64,000 nt of DNA from Selaginella moellendorffii (Eukaryota; Plantae; Lycopodiophyta): positions 1,005,231 through 1,069,230 of the forward strand of contig NW_003314320.1 of assembly GCF_000143415.4 (NCBI RefSeq), read 5' to 3'. This document shows, one piece after another, positions 27,748 through 40,119 of this stretch. Made by a program: the position numbers and the translations under genes. Numbering within the stretch: position 1 is the stretch's first letter; every line of letters starts with the position of its first letter. The notes under the pieces are model-generated. The model did not search any database. It worked only from the letters and a program-made list of their open reading frames with translations, and was not told the DNA's origin.

Positions 27748-28655
27748 TCAAAGGAGATTATTTGTCAAAAAATCAATATCCTTTCTGTTTCTTCCTTTTC
27801 GTTTCTTCAATTTTGGAAGAATCTGCCTTCCAATGTTTTCTTTCACTTGTTCATTCAAAGCACGTTCCCAGAATTCAACGGAAATTTCCAACAGTGAAGC
27901 TCCAGTCGACAGGTCAACCTCCCCTTCAAGATACTTCAAGTAAAATTCTTTGTTATCCCTCATATCCTCCAGAATCGTCAGACGGTCCTCCAACTTCTGT
28001 GGGTTGACTTTTGACACCTCTCCAAGGTGCAGAGGAGGTTCCACCTGAAGCACCTGTGCAGAAGGGTTGCCAGAGCTGCTTTGCCTCCTCCGTCCGTATT
28101 CATTGAACAAGTTGGTCACCTGTTCGTCCTCAATCCCATTGAGGCCTCGCTCAACTTCCCAGCCGAAGAGGCACCTATAAAACTGGGCCACCTCATTTCG
28201 TTCAGCCCGGCTGTTGCAGACGAGTGTCTGAGCTCGCATTGACTCAAAACAGCCAGGTCATTGGCTGTCTTGAGGGTGAAGATTAGAAATCCAACCTCCG
28301 CAACAGTCAATAGCGCCTCTAGCCAGTCTTCAGTGATGTCACCAGTCGTCATTGATGTCCATGCGTTGATGTATGCTTCCCGCAGGAAGAAAAATGTCCG
28401 CTCTTAATCTTCTGTAACTTCCTCGTCCCCTGCCGCCTCTGGTCCTTCCTCATGCCCTGCTTTTCCCTCGCCCACCAAAAACTCGTATGTGATGCAATCC
28501 ATGCTGAACTTTGAAGCTCCGCAGGCTGTCCCGATGGCTCCCATGATGATTTTTTCCTCCTTGTGAGACTCCACAATGAATCGCTGAACAGCTACTTTCA
28601 ACCTGTGAGACAGACGATCAATGCTCGTCTGTAGCAGATCAAACAACACCAACAC
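27748..28655 (-). pseudogene. Fragmented ORFs of an unrecognised protein
   Basis: Overlapping minus-strand ORFs (27748-28239, 28116-28352, 28404-28655) with protein-like composition; no recognisable motif. Confidence 0.3.
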
Positions 28656-28812
28656 TGGTGTTGTGTTGTCCTTTCATATTAGAGGGATGAAACAAAAGGC
28701 GACCGCCCTAATAAGAACAAATACTACACGCCAAAAGGATGATTCTCTAGCCCTCTCCTTATATACTCAAACCCCCCTTTGCATGTGGGATATAATATGG
28801 GCGGTTCTAATT

Positions 28813-31700
28813 GGAGGATGAAATGTGCCACGTCGGTAATTGGTTTACACGAAGGAGAACTGCATGCTTCGAAAGCGCCTGAAGTAGCGCGAGGCTTTGA
28901 GCTGGTTGGCCTGCGAAACGAGATGAACCTTCCATACCTGGGACGATAGAGGCTGAGAAGCCACTCCGGGACGATATCGCAAGACTCCAGAGCTTCGTCG
29001 GGAACTTTGAGTGCCATCCAAGAGCTTTCACTGTGCCGGGCTCGCTGAGATTCACTCCCTCGTTGTCCAGGAAGTAGAGCAATGGAACGAAGTCCTTTCT
29101 GGAGAATCTGCCTCCTCCCCGGAACCAAGAACAGATGAAAGTTATAGTGTTGCGCATCTATCTAGAAATTTGCAAGCGTACCTCCACGGCCAGACGGATG
29201 TTAGAGGATGTTAAGGATGAGCCACTCTCCCCTGGAGCCACATTTATCACCCGAAAAGATGAGCTTTGAAAGCTCCTTGTACCACGGATTCTGATCCATT
29301 CCTTTGAGGAACACTTCGGCTTGTTCCATGCTGGCGGCCGAATTGATATCCTTTGCAGCCTCTTTGTCATGGAGAGGCTGTCCAGAGAAGGAGATACCAG
29401 CTGAGAAAGAAAAGAATCTGTGAGGAAAACTTTACCTTGAGAGCAGCGTACTTCCGGCGGAATGTAAATGGACGTAATGTGTCGGACGAGTCGCAAAACT
29501 CGTACAGCTGCTTGTTAAATTTGTGTTGCAAAGCTGAGAATTTCATCTCTTTCCCAAGTATGGAGCCCAGCCGCTGGAGGCTGTAGTCCTCAAGAGCTTT
29601 GGGTGGCATGCCCATGACGGTCGGCTCCACACCTGGCCTGAATTGAGCGTCTTCACCTTTGGATCTAGATGCATTCCAAACAGGGAAACATCAACCACAA
29701 AGTTCATGAAAACACGTACTTTTCATATGCCACGCGCCTGGCTTCCATCCGGTACTCGTTGATCGAGGCAGAGTTCTTTGCTTCTTCTTCAGACTCGTTA
29801 AACATTGGAATCAGAGTCACAGCCAAAGGGGGAACTGGCGTTTTCTTTTTCGGCTTCTCGTGCTTAGGAGGAGTCAGCGGGAAAGCTGGTAGCACACCAT
29901 CGTTCCCCATTCCATTGGCATCCTTTGATTCTCAGCGGGAGAACCACATGATTCCCTTCGTCCTCAACAACGTCAAACAACGTCAGTTTCTTCGTTTCCT
30001 GGTAGCCTCCTATGTAGACTCTATAACACTTTGGCAGCAGCGATCTATCTCGTACTAAATCCGGGACACCTGGAAGACAAAGACGAAAACGAAAGACGGC
30101 TTAAGTATACCAACTGGGCGATACGGAACAAATCGCGGAGAAAGCAATCCAATCCCATCCACACTCTCCAGTTGCATTTCGATCCCAGGCTTGGACCAAG
30201 GATCTATGGCGCGCTGTGGCAACTTCCATCCTCCAAACTTTGGAACAGACCTTGCTCTACAGGAATCCCGGCTCGTCACCCTCCTCGCCTCCGCCATGCC
30301 AAACCACTTCGGCCGAAGTGCCACCAGCCCTGCTGTGGAGGCGAGTGCCACTCCATATGCTTCGCTTCTCTAGCCCCATTTTCCCGCAACCTCGAGAGCT
30401 TTCTTCATCGATCGATTCTAGAATGGTCTTGGTCTGGTGGAGCTGGTCGCTCATTCCGAAGTTGGAATGAGAGGCTGAGATTTGACATTTTCTGGGATCA
30501 GATTTATTTGAGGTGGTGCTGCTGCAAAACTTTGCTTCCACAATGGTTCAAACGTCTTTCCATCTTTTTTATAACGATTGGGGAATGCAGGCACTGTGTC
30601 TGGCTTGGTGCGACTTGTCACACAAAGACATTTTCGATGACTCGGAGACCCCAAGTGCAGCTCCATGGCTGAGCGTCTTTCGGCTTTTTGGATCTTAGGC
30701 AATTAGGAGAAGCGACGAAGCTGAATGATGGAGCTTCGCACAGGAACAGGGCTTCTCACTTGTTAGCCTTCGTCTCAATCGTAAAGAAAATTTACGACCA
30801 GGCCATTGGTAAATACTCCATCAACCCATTCTTAGTACTTTTTTGCCTTAACGGTAGAAAGAGCTGGGAGATAGCAAAGGACCTTTTTCTCTTGCACAGC
30901 GTCATTCTTAATCGGCTTGACATGTGGAGATCTCCAAGAGAAGAACACGTAAAAATCTTCCCAGCTTGAAAGATTTTACTCAATGAGTCCACTACAGACA
31001 CTTCATGCTCTACTAGTATGCGTTTTGCCTCAACATAGACACTTGGGAGTATAGAACTAGCCCCAGAGCCAAAGTCTTGCACGTCCAACAGGAAGCTCTG
31101 GAACATTCCAGAAATCTGGAAGTTTTCAAAGGTTGGCTCACATATGATATCTGATATCCTTAGTATTTAAATCATGAAAAAGATGTCCTCATAACAGTGT
31201 GTTTTCGTTGCTGGATCTTAGCTCCCTCTTGCGCTTATGCCTTTTGCCACGTGGATTCATTATAAGATTATTGGTAAGACAAATAATGAAACCATATGGA
31301 AAAATTGTCATTGTTTTGAAGTTGGAACAAAATGTAACAGCACCCCGTCCAAAATTTCAGACTCATTAAAAATATCTAAAGCCAATACCAACTATTCTGC
31401 CTGAATTTGATACATAAAGTAAGAGTGCAAGTAACAACATTTAACTACCTCTCCAGATGCAAGCATCTTGTGATCTCTCCTCATCAGTTCAAAAAACCAC
31501 CCAAACTGTGCCAAAATGGTAATCAACGAAGTCTTTGACACCGAAACGAGGTCCCACATCGGGACATACGCAGATCTCAGGATCAAGCAAGGAGCAGACA
31601 CTTCACTTCCTCGTATGTGAGCTGCTTCAACTCTCCCACATACTCGTAGCCAGAATTTGCACAGACGCATCAATCACGCCTCAATTGAAAAAATGAAGTC
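28813..31700 (-). repeat. Deletion-collapsed tandem duplicate of the 34464-49500 gene block
   Basis: Colinear, same-orientation remnants: gene X 28813-30325, exostosin 3' end 30330-30452, CFAP119 30468-31100, segment matching 42100-42290 at about 31170-31345, CR nuclease tail 31380-31600, SAM-like head 31603-31680. Confidence 0.85.
31380..31690 (-). pseudogene. Internally deleted CR family-A gene: SAM-like header fused directly to the nuclease tail
   Basis: 31603-31680 matches 49360-49455 (YEYVGEL.QLTYEEV); 31430-31595 matches 1240-1395 (PDVG..AQFGWFFELMR..DH). Confidence 0.8.
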
Positions 31701-31749
31701 ATATAAACGGCAAACCGTTTGCGAAACTCGGAAATAGAACACAGTCCTT

Positions 31750-32863
31750 TACTTGCGTTGTTTATTCTGACAGAGTTTCTAACAAGGCAAAATAGCAGTT
31801 TTGGAACAGTTTTGCAGGCTGTGCTGCTGCCCGAGTCCAGCCACCAGGACAAGAAAGCATCACCCTTGTCTTTCTCAAGCAAAGGTTCGTTCCTTGAGCG
31901 CCACCGATTCCAGTGGCTCTGACAGCTTGCGAATGGTGTCGAAAACCTGCAGCGTTCCAAAGTGCTTAGGCACGCCGTGCCTGAACAGAAACTTGCGCTT
32001 GGCCTCGGGCTCCAGCGGGAAATGCTTAGCGTACATAAAAACCGCGGTGGAGAGAGCATGCCCCCATGCATACGAGGGCGTAGCCACCACAGCATGCCTC
32101 AGCTGCTGGAGCGCCTTCCACAGCATCTCATCCTGCGCCACAGCTTCTTCCGGCAGTGGCTCGTAATCCTCGGGACGCATGTGGACTAGCTTCTCGTATG
32201 CGGTTGGGCCTTCTTTCCTGAGTAAGCAATGCAAGACATTGATGGAATTCTGTCTTCTAAGAGAAGATACGTACCACATATGGTTTAGTGTGTTGTGTCG
32301 CAACGCAGTCTCCACTAAAGACGGCCCGCGCTCCACCAGGAAACCACCGTTCAGAGCCTGAACACCACATTGCTTCTATAGCTGGAATGGAGAGAAGTAT
32401 AAAAGCCTACCTCTTCTTCGGCCGATGCAGCTCCTCGGGTACACAGCTGACCGTCTAGAACGATCAGGGAGAAAGTTATAGTCAGCGAGAAGCGAACGGA
32501 ATGTAACTTACACGTCAAGCTGTGATCGTAGTAGACCGGGAGGTCGTAGCGGCCAAGCCAGAGACGCGCGTGAGCGCTGGCATTGACAATCGTGTAGTAG
32601 TGTGGGAGTGTTGAGTGTGGCGGCCGGTGCAGCAGCAGCGAGCGTAGGAGCTGGTTAGACCGGATCCCGCGCAGCAGCAGCCTGGCCTCGCTCACACGTA
32701 ATGGAGAAGTGGTAACTTCGTCGCATGGGTACGCTGGTGGCACTTCGGGCAAGGCGTTCCTGTCACCTTCCAGTTGTGAGTACTCCTCCTCCACTATGTC
32801 TCCTAGCCGTCTGTAAGTGGCAACAGCAGCCCGCAAGTTCCATCCCAGGTTCGTCACTGGCAA
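31750..32863 (-). pseudogene. Unrecognised intron-poor coding remnant with stops (ORFs 32351-32863 and 31875-32336)
   Basis: Two long adjacent same-strand ORFs (170 aa and 153 aa), GC-rich and coding-like; no known motif recognised. Confidence 0.4.
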
Positions 32864-32981
32864 GTAGAAAAAATAGTCATTCTCCGTCAGCTTGGAGACA
32901 AGGTCCAGGATGTGGGGAACATCATCCAGTCCGACGGCTAGACTCGCTCCTGATCCCTTCCCTGTTACTAAGTAACAACAA

Positions 32982-33223
32982 AATGCGTTAGCACTGCACT
33001 CGGGTCAAAACTTACGTACGGCCACCATGCAGCGCGCTGCCTCCTTCCTGCCATCCTGGAATGGGTTAGCACAGCACTCGGCTCAAAACTTACGTACCGC
33101 CACCATGCCGCGCTGCACCCTCCTCCTTCCTGCCATTCTGGAATGCGTAAGCACAGGCACTCCGGGTCAAAATTTACGTACCGCCACCACGCCGCGAGCT
33201 GCATCCTTTCTGCCGCTCTGGAA
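32982..33223. repeat. Minisatellite, 3 diverged copies of an approximately 80-bp unit
   Basis: Unit core GTTAGCAC.GCACTCGG.TCAAAACTTACGTAC.GCCACCATG..GCGCTGC..CCTTCCTGCCAT.CTGGAA is repeated three times. Confidence 0.9.
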
Positions 33224-33934
33224 AAACACGAATCATCCATAGAGGAAAGAAATCAAAGGAAGAAAAACCATGATACCAAAGTAGAGGGGCTCCAGGGAGG
33301 GCCGCACAGGCTCGAGGGGCGGTCCTCCATGACAAGTTGGCCCGGTCGATGAGGAGCAGCGGCATCCATGCGCACGCGCACGCCTTTGCTGCCACAAAAG
33401 CGCTCCCAAAACATCTGCAGCGGCTTCCCAACCTCGTCATCTCCATCGCAAGCACCAAAGTCGTGGCCCAGCAGCTCCCCAGCAAACTCCACCACAAGAT
33501 CACACGCAACCTGAGAAGTCGGCGGAAGGGATTTTCGGAGCCCTTCACGCTCCTCAGGGGGCAGGTTTCCCAGGCAGAGATTGACACGAAGGAGAAGAGG
33601 GTGTGGTCGTTAGCAGGCGGATAGAAGAGGTAGCCCACCTCTGCGATGTATTCACACAGCGCTCTCGCCTCCGACACGTCGGCGTCGGTTGTCCCATTTC
33701 TCGGGCTTTTCTCCGCACAACTCGCGAGATGTGACTTCGAGAGCTTGGGTGTGTTGATCTTCCTCCTGTGCCTGTGCCCACCAGTCCTCCAGAGCTTGAA
33801 GAGAACTCCCCCTGTGCCAAAGGAATCGCTTACGAGCATTGCCTCCATACCTGAGGTAGCCGCTTTAAAGGCTCGCGATCTGTCGTCCACCACCGCTTGT
33901 CGAGGCGTAAGCTCCAAGTCTCCGTTTCCCGGCC

Positions 33935-34440
33935 GTGCTTTTGCCTAGCAGCGAGAGCGATAGCAACAACAATGCCTTCTCCGGTAGAAGCAGCAGCAGC
34001 TTGTCCGACTCCTCCTCTTGCTCGGACAACGAATCTCTCTGCTCCTACCGTTGCCTCAGGAGCGCCATGCATGCATTGTTAAATGGCCCTTCCTCTTCCT
34101 CCACCTACAGCTCCTGCGCGAGGGATCGCTCCAGCAGCAATCGCGAGCTCGCGGCTAGGAGCAGCGGCGTCATTTCTCTCGACCTCGTTCACCACGGCGG
34201 ACTCATCTGCGGTGGCAGGGAAGTGTGGAGACAGTCGGATCCTTGTCACGTTGAGGAGCAAGCTTCGCGCCGCTGCTTGTGGCTGGCGACAAGCTCTTTG
34301 AACAGCACTCAGGACAAGAAGATCCGAGTGTGGCGGCTATCCAAATCCAACCACATGCAGCACACTCTCGTCATCGCAACGGTTCTGACTCTCAAGGACC
34401 TGGTAGCAGAATTTGACAGAATCAACGTCGTGGTCGAGGT
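33935..34440 (+). pseudogene. WD40 (JINGUBANG-like) gene fragment
   Basis: Ser-rich N-terminus, then EVWRQSD and TQDKKIRVWRLSKSN..IATVLTLKDL, resembling the plant HQDxKIRVW...TLPTLKD WD40 family; truncated. Confidence 0.55.
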
Positions 34441-34463
34441 GAGAACAAACGTAGTGAGCTGTG

Positions 34464-35290
34464 TTACTTCCGGCGGAATGTAAATGGACGTAATGTGTCG
34501 GACGAGTCGCAAAACTCGTACAGCTGCTTGTTGAATTTGTGTTCCAAAGCCGAGAGCTTCATCTCTTTCCCAAGTATGGAGCCCAGGCTGTAGTCCTGGC
34601 ATGCCCGTGACAGTAGACTCCACACTTGGCCTGGGTTGAGCGCCTTCACCTTTGGATCTAGATACATTCCAAACAGGGTAACATCACACACAAAGTTCTG
34701 AATCAGAGAAACTGAAAACACGTACTGTTCATATGCCACGCGCCTGGCTTCCATCCGGTACTCGTTGATCACGGCAGTGTTCTTTGCTTCTTCTTCAGAC
34801 TCGTTAAACTTTCGAATCAGACTCACAGGCAGAGGGGGGACTGGCGGTTTCCTTTTCGGCCAAGTCTCACGCAAGAAATAATCTCCCACTCTGCGTTGTT
34901 CCTGTTGGAAAACACTTTAAAAGGCAGCACAAAAATCGTTGGAGCCGTGACTAGCGGAGAAGCTGGTAGCACACCATCGTTCCCCATTCCATTGACATAG
35001 CGAGAGAATCACAAGGTCAACTCTATAAATCTCGTACCAAATCCGGGAAACCTGGAAACCAAAGAAGAAAAAGAAAGAAAATGATCACAACGTCGACTGA
35101 AAGAAAGTTCACGCTTACCAACAGGCAAATCGCACGCTCTCGAGTTGCATTTCGATCCCAGGCTTGGACCAAGGATCTATGGCGCACTACGGCAACTTCC
35201 ATCCTCCAAACTTTGGAACAGACCTCGCTCTACAGGAATCCCGGCTCGTCACCCTCCTAGGCCGAAGTGCCACCTCAGCCCTCCTAACGC
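34464..35290 (-). pseudogene. Third, truncated copy of uncharacterised 'gene X'
   Basis: RARSVPKFGGWKLP, INEYRMEARRVAYEQ and FNKQLYEFCDSSDTLRPFTFRRK are shared with 23060-24100 and 29450-30320; stop and deletions present. Confidence 0.8.
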
Positions 35291-35295
35291 TAGAT

Positions 35296-36408
35296 TCAAT
35301 CCACATAGCGACTGACGTGGCGCCGGCGCCATAGCTGGTACAAGACCATGTAGAACGCATCCTCCGGCTGTGGCGGCGAGTGCCACTCCATATGCTTCGC
35401 TGCTCTAGCCCCATTTTCCTGCAACCTCGAGCGCTTTTCTTCATCGATCGATTCTAGAATGCCCTTGGTCTGGTGGAGCTGGTCGCGGCTGAGGACGATC
35501 GCGAAGCTATTCCAGTCCAGAATGTCCTGGAACGGAAGATCGGACAGCTTCCCCGCGGAGAAGATGACCGGAATGCATCCCGATCGGACGGCCGGGATGA
35601 CGAGGTGCCGATCGCTGGAGCCAAGGCTGAGACAAAACCTTGTTGTCACTAGCAGCTGTAGATCCAATGCCACTGCGCCAGCGACGAAGCTCTCATCGGA
35701 TTTCCAAGACGCTGGAACATCCCTCGCTGCGTAGCCCTGGGAGCTGGAATCGTACACCGCGAGATTCCACCGACGGCGCTGGGGAGGATCGATCGATCCT
35801 CCTGCGGGCGGCATTGTAATGTCCTTGTGCGCGAGGAATTCCTGCGCTCCATGCCTGGCCAGTGGAAAGCAGGCGATCTGGATCGCGTTCTTCTTGAGCT
35901 CAAGAACATTCCTGGACCAGTCGCTCGTAATATCGTGGCACGAGACGAAGAAGTGATCCGCCCCGAGCGATCGCTGCCAATACGGGTAGAGATCTCGCAG
36001 CTGCTGGATGTAAGACTTGAGGGAGTGAGCGATCCCTTTCGGATCGGGCCTCTTCTTCCAGATCGCCGAGATTGACGCTGGCAGGAGAAACAAGTCCGCC
36101 GCCTCCGGATCATCCGTCACAAACCCTGAGGCCAGCAGCGAATCCACAAAGACTCGATCTATCGAACCTGGCCGTGCTGCCTTCCCATCTCGCAAATCTG
36201 GAGCGCTGGCGTTCTGGATCATCGGGTAGACGTAGACCTTGAAGCGATCTAGAAACTCCTGGTAGTCCCGTGCAAGAAACGCTGGAGAATGGTAGAGACT
36301 GCGATCAAGATCGCTAGCTCCCTCGAAATCCAGCAAGAACGCGAGAGAAATCGAAGCATCGACGAGGAAAAAGAGAAAGAACAAGGATGATCCGCCATTG
36401 CCAGCCAT
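35296..36408 (-). CDS. Exostosin-family (GT47) glycosyltransferase, intronless, about 370 aa
   Basis: N-terminal hydrophobic anchor, FKVYVY, TDDPEAADLFLLP, YPYWQRSLGADHFFVSCHD, KDITMP, FCLSLG, SGCIPV, LPFQDILDW, DAFYMVLYQLWRRR. Confidence 0.92.
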   Translation of the reverse strand: MAGNGGSSLFFLFFLVDASISLAFLLDFEGASDLDRSLYHSPAFLARDYQEFLDRFKVYVYPMIQNASAPDLRDGKAARPGSIDRVFVDSLLASGFVTDDPEAADLFLLPASISAIWKKRPDPKGIAHSLKSYIQQLRDLYPYWQRSLGADHFFVSCHDITSDWSRNVLELKKNAIQIACFPLARHGAQEFLAHKDITMPPAGGSIDPPQRRRWNLAVYDSSSQGYAARDVPASWKSDESFVAGAVALDLQLLVTTRFCLSLGSSDRHLVIPAVRSGCIPVIFSAGKLSDLPFQDILDWNSFAIVLSRDQLHQTKGILESIDEEKRSRLQENGARAAKHMEWHSPPQPEDAFYMVLYQLWRRRHVSRYVD

Positions 36409-36636
36409 AGCCGGAGCTCGACTTTCCTTGCTGGAAATATTCTCTTCAAACAAAGCCTGGCATTGACACGGCAGTGTACTATTTGCCTTTGATTGATCGT
36501 TGGAGTGATGGCTTAAGAGGAATCGAGCCTTGGATCATTTGTATGAGATATTTCCAGGGTATATCCACGGACGAAGATCCAGTCCCGCCTTATGGCTCGT
36601 CTATGAGCCCTAGTTTGATGCTGCGTCTTCGCGGCG

Positions 36637-38689
36637 ATGCTTTCTAGCTTGATTTCCAGCTCCAGAGCCAGGGTTTGTCGATGCGCGCAGCGCTGCCGCG
36701 GATTACCGGGCCGGAGCTTGCTGGGTGAGGAATGCGGCGAGGTATTTGGGATCCGGCGCAGCGTTCTTGTGTCGTGCTACAGGAAGGAGGCTGATTTGCG
36801 GAAGAGCGACGGCCGTGAGGAGAATTCCAATGCCAGGCCGCCCCTGACGTACTTCATCGCGAAATATTCTCGGGGATCATTCCGATTCGAGCAGCGACGA
36901 TGTAAGTTCCAGCATTGCCCGTATTTTGCCAGTATCGGCATTTTGCGCTCCTTAATATGTGCTTGTGTGTAGTTCACAGCTCCGGCACGTCTCATCGAGG
37001 AGACGAAGAAGAACAAGAGAACGATCCACAACCCGCCGTAGTTCATGGCCATAGGTGAAGTTACAAACTTTCCTTTCTCTTATAGTTCTTCACGTATATT
37101 GTTTTACGTGGCAGTGAAAGGGCTGTAGTGACTGCGCTTTGGTGCAATTTTCTAGTTCTGTCTCTAAAGTGTGGCGTCTGGTTTATGACTGGAAGCCATG
37201 TTATGCTCGCGGAAGCAGTACATTCTCTAGCGGATCTAGCGAACCAGGTCTCGTGAATTTTCTGATAGCAGCCTTTTGCTTATCCAGAATGATTTTTCTT
37301 TCCAGGGTTTGCTTGCGTATGGTCTCGTCAGCTCAAAGCGTGCTCCAGATGCTCTTCATCCGTGAGTGTTAGTTCCACTTGCCATTCCAATTTTCATTTA
37401 TACTGACGGTTTGTTTGTTCGCTTTTCAGGTATGGTTACTCCAAAGAACGCTTCGTTTGGTCGCTGATATCAGCTGTCGGGATATTTTGTCTGGGCTCTG
37501 GCGCAACAATTGTCCACGGAATTTCCAACTTATGGCAAGCTGAGGTATCTTTGTTCTATTTTTCAGGCTTTGCACGTAACGTCCTTTTTTTATTGTGTGT
37601 GTAGCCTATCGACAACATCTTTTCTGCTGCCATTGTCATTGGTGGTTCAATGTTAATGGAAGGTAATGACGAAATGTATGCGCGGATTATTACGGTGCTC
37701 CTTGCAGGAGCTTCACTCTACGTGGCTGTGAACGCTGTGCGGCAAGGAGCTGCGTCGGAAGGAATGAAGTTTCAAGAGTACATTTGGCGTGGTCACGATC
37801 CAACATCCGTGGCTGTCATGATGGAGGTATTCCATAATACAATTCATTTCTAGAGTCTTACCTTCGAATCATTTTCAGGATGGTGCTGCGGTCACTGGCT
37901 TGTTTATAGCTGGTATGTCGCTGACTGCTGTGCATTTAACAGGCAATCCAATCTGGGACCCTCTTGGATCTATACTCGTGGGAAATCTTCTCGGAATGGT
38001 AAGATTGTGTTAGTCAAGACATGAACATAACCCGTGCCCACACACGAACAGGTGGCAGTTTTTCTGATTCAACGAAATCGCCATGCTCTCCTTGGTCGCT
38101 CAATGGAACCCAAGGATGTGCAACGCGTGTTGGACTTGCTTGCATCAGATCCTGTAAGCTGAGCTATCTATAGACCTTCAAGCCTCAAACTTAAGCAAAA
38201 ATGCAGGTTGTTGATGCGGTCTATGACTGTAAGAGCGAGGTGATCGGGCCAGGATCGTACAGATTCAAGGCAGAAATCGGTAACGTCTGTTGATCTCGAC
38301 GAACTGCGCTAAGATTGTCCATTCGCAGATTTTGACGGTGTAGTAGTTGTACATAATTACTTGCAACGGACGGGGCGAGAAGCCTGGATAAAGGAGGTCT
38401 GTTCGTGACTTGGCCCTCTTTCACTTTTTATCAATCTTCGTTCTCCTTGTTTAGTTTCAGAATGCTGCGAAAGACCCTGCTGCTTTGGAGACCGCACTTG
38501 CAAACTACGGTAATGCAAATTTTATTTTCTCCAGGCTAGATCTGTTCTTATGGTTTTCTTGCAGGAGAAGAAGTGGTGGCTGCTCTTGGCTCCGAAGTGG
38601 ACAGACTAGAGAAAGACATCCAGAAGATCGTTCCTGGCGTTCGGCATGTAGATATCGAGGCTCACAATCCCAAAGGTCCACTTCCATAA
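36637..38689 (+). CDS. MTP7: Metal tolerance protein C4 / MTP7 (CDF family, ZnT9-like), multi-exon, with probable mitochondrial presequence
   Basis: ALWCNFLV, SHVMLAEAVHSLADLANQ, YGYSKERFVWSLISAVGIFCLGSGATIVHG, GHDPTSVAVMMEDGAAVTG, DCKSEVIGPG.YRFKAEIDFDG, LGSEVDRLE..RHVDIEAHNP. Arg/Ser-rich N-terminus. Confidence 0.93.
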
Positions 38690-38887
38690 AAGGGATTTTG
38701 CTAATACTTTTCTTGTGAAACTAACGACCTTTGACTGGAGTTCCCGGGGAAAAAAAATATGAAACAAAGAAGCTATGATTCGGCCGAAGATGGGATGAGC
38801 GGCTGAGATTTCTCTTCACTAACTGACATTTCTGGAATCAGATTTAGGTTTCTCCGGTTTCAGGTGGTGCAAAACTTTGCTTCCACG

Positions 38888-40071
38888 ATGGTGAGTGTTC
38901 TTCAAATTTCTTTCATTCTTTTGTTCTAACGAGTGGATAATGCAGGCCGAGTGTCTGGCTTGGCGCGACTTGTCACACAAAGAGCTGGCTCACATTTTTG
39001 ATGACTCGGAGACCCCAAGTGACGTGCGGAGGTAAGCAAACAGCTCCATGCCTGAGCTTCTTTCTCCCTTCATGGCTTTCTGGATCTTAGGCATTTAGGA
39101 GAAGCGATGAAGCTGAATGATGGAAGCATTTGTTCCGAGATACTGCTTGACTTGCACTACGGCTCCCTCTAGTAGGATTTTCTACATGTCTTTCTCACTC
39201 ACTGGCTTCTCGAATCCTTGTCAAGCTTTGCACAGGAACAGGGCTTCTCCCTTGAGAAGATGTCAGCCTTCGTCTCAATCGTCAAGGCAATTCACGACCA
39301 AGCCATTGGTAAATCCTCCATCAACCATTCTTACTAATTTCTTTCACTTTTTGCCTTAAAAGGCATGCGTTTAACAGTAGAAAGAAGCTGGGAAACAGCA
39401 AAGAACCTCTTTCTCTTGCACAGCGTCCAGCGACCACCATTCTCAATCGGCTTGTTTACATTCGGAGATCTCCAAGAGATAACGAGATACGTCCTCAACA
39501 CGTAAAACAATCTTCCCAGCTTCAAAAGCTTCTACTCGATGAGTCCAGCTCCTGTGCTCTTTCCTCTCACAGATACTACAGACACTTCAAGCTCTACCAA
39601 TACGCGTTCTGCGCGACTTACTACCTCAACATGGACACTTGGGAGTATAATCTCGTAGAGCTAGCCCCGGAGCTAAAATCGCTAGATCTCGCAATAACAC
39701 AGGAGGAATACGACGTCCAACAGGAAGCTCTCAGGAAACAGCAAGAGGTGGGCGACGAAATTTCACAAGCCTTACGAGTAAAATCTTCTCCTGCGCAGGA
39801 GGAAGAAGCAAAAAGGCTCGAAGACAAGCGGCTGGCTGAAGAAGCCGAGAGGCAAGCCAGGATCGAGGCACAGTATCGAGGTAGAGGCTACTTACTTCGG
39901 CTTGGATCTCCAATGCTAAGCTGGTTCTCGCCGCTTCCAGCGTCCATCCCGGACGAGATCACAAGAAAAGTCAACCAGGTTGTTTCGCGCTACATGGATG
40001 AGATGCGGGCCGAGTTTGACGCCAAGCTGGAAGAAAAACTCGCCGAGCTGGGGGCTGGAGCTGCAAAATAG
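38888..40071 (+). CDS. CFAP119: Cilia/flagella-associated protein CFAP119 (CCDC189 / C1a-32-like), 6-7 exons
   Basis: Spliced product contains ILLDLHYGSLYFAQEQGFSLEKMSAFVSIVK and LHSVQRPPFSIGLF..ITRYVLNTYYRHFKLYQYAF, followed by a coiled-coil tail. The first coding exon appears to be ATG only (38888-38890). Confidence 0.85.
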
Positions 40072-40119
40072 TACTTAAAGTCGTGAAATACCATCTTCTG
40101 GCTTGTGTACCTCGTCAGC

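Noticed and set aside
21055-30855. A single giant palindrome or TIR element carrying the KH gene
   Set aside because: The order of the repeated blocks is not mirror-symmetric and no TIR/TSD or transposase was seen.
32982-33223. Repeat array as a possible CRISPR
   Set aside because: Units are contiguous diverged tandem copies without unique spacers; eukaryotic context and no cas genes.
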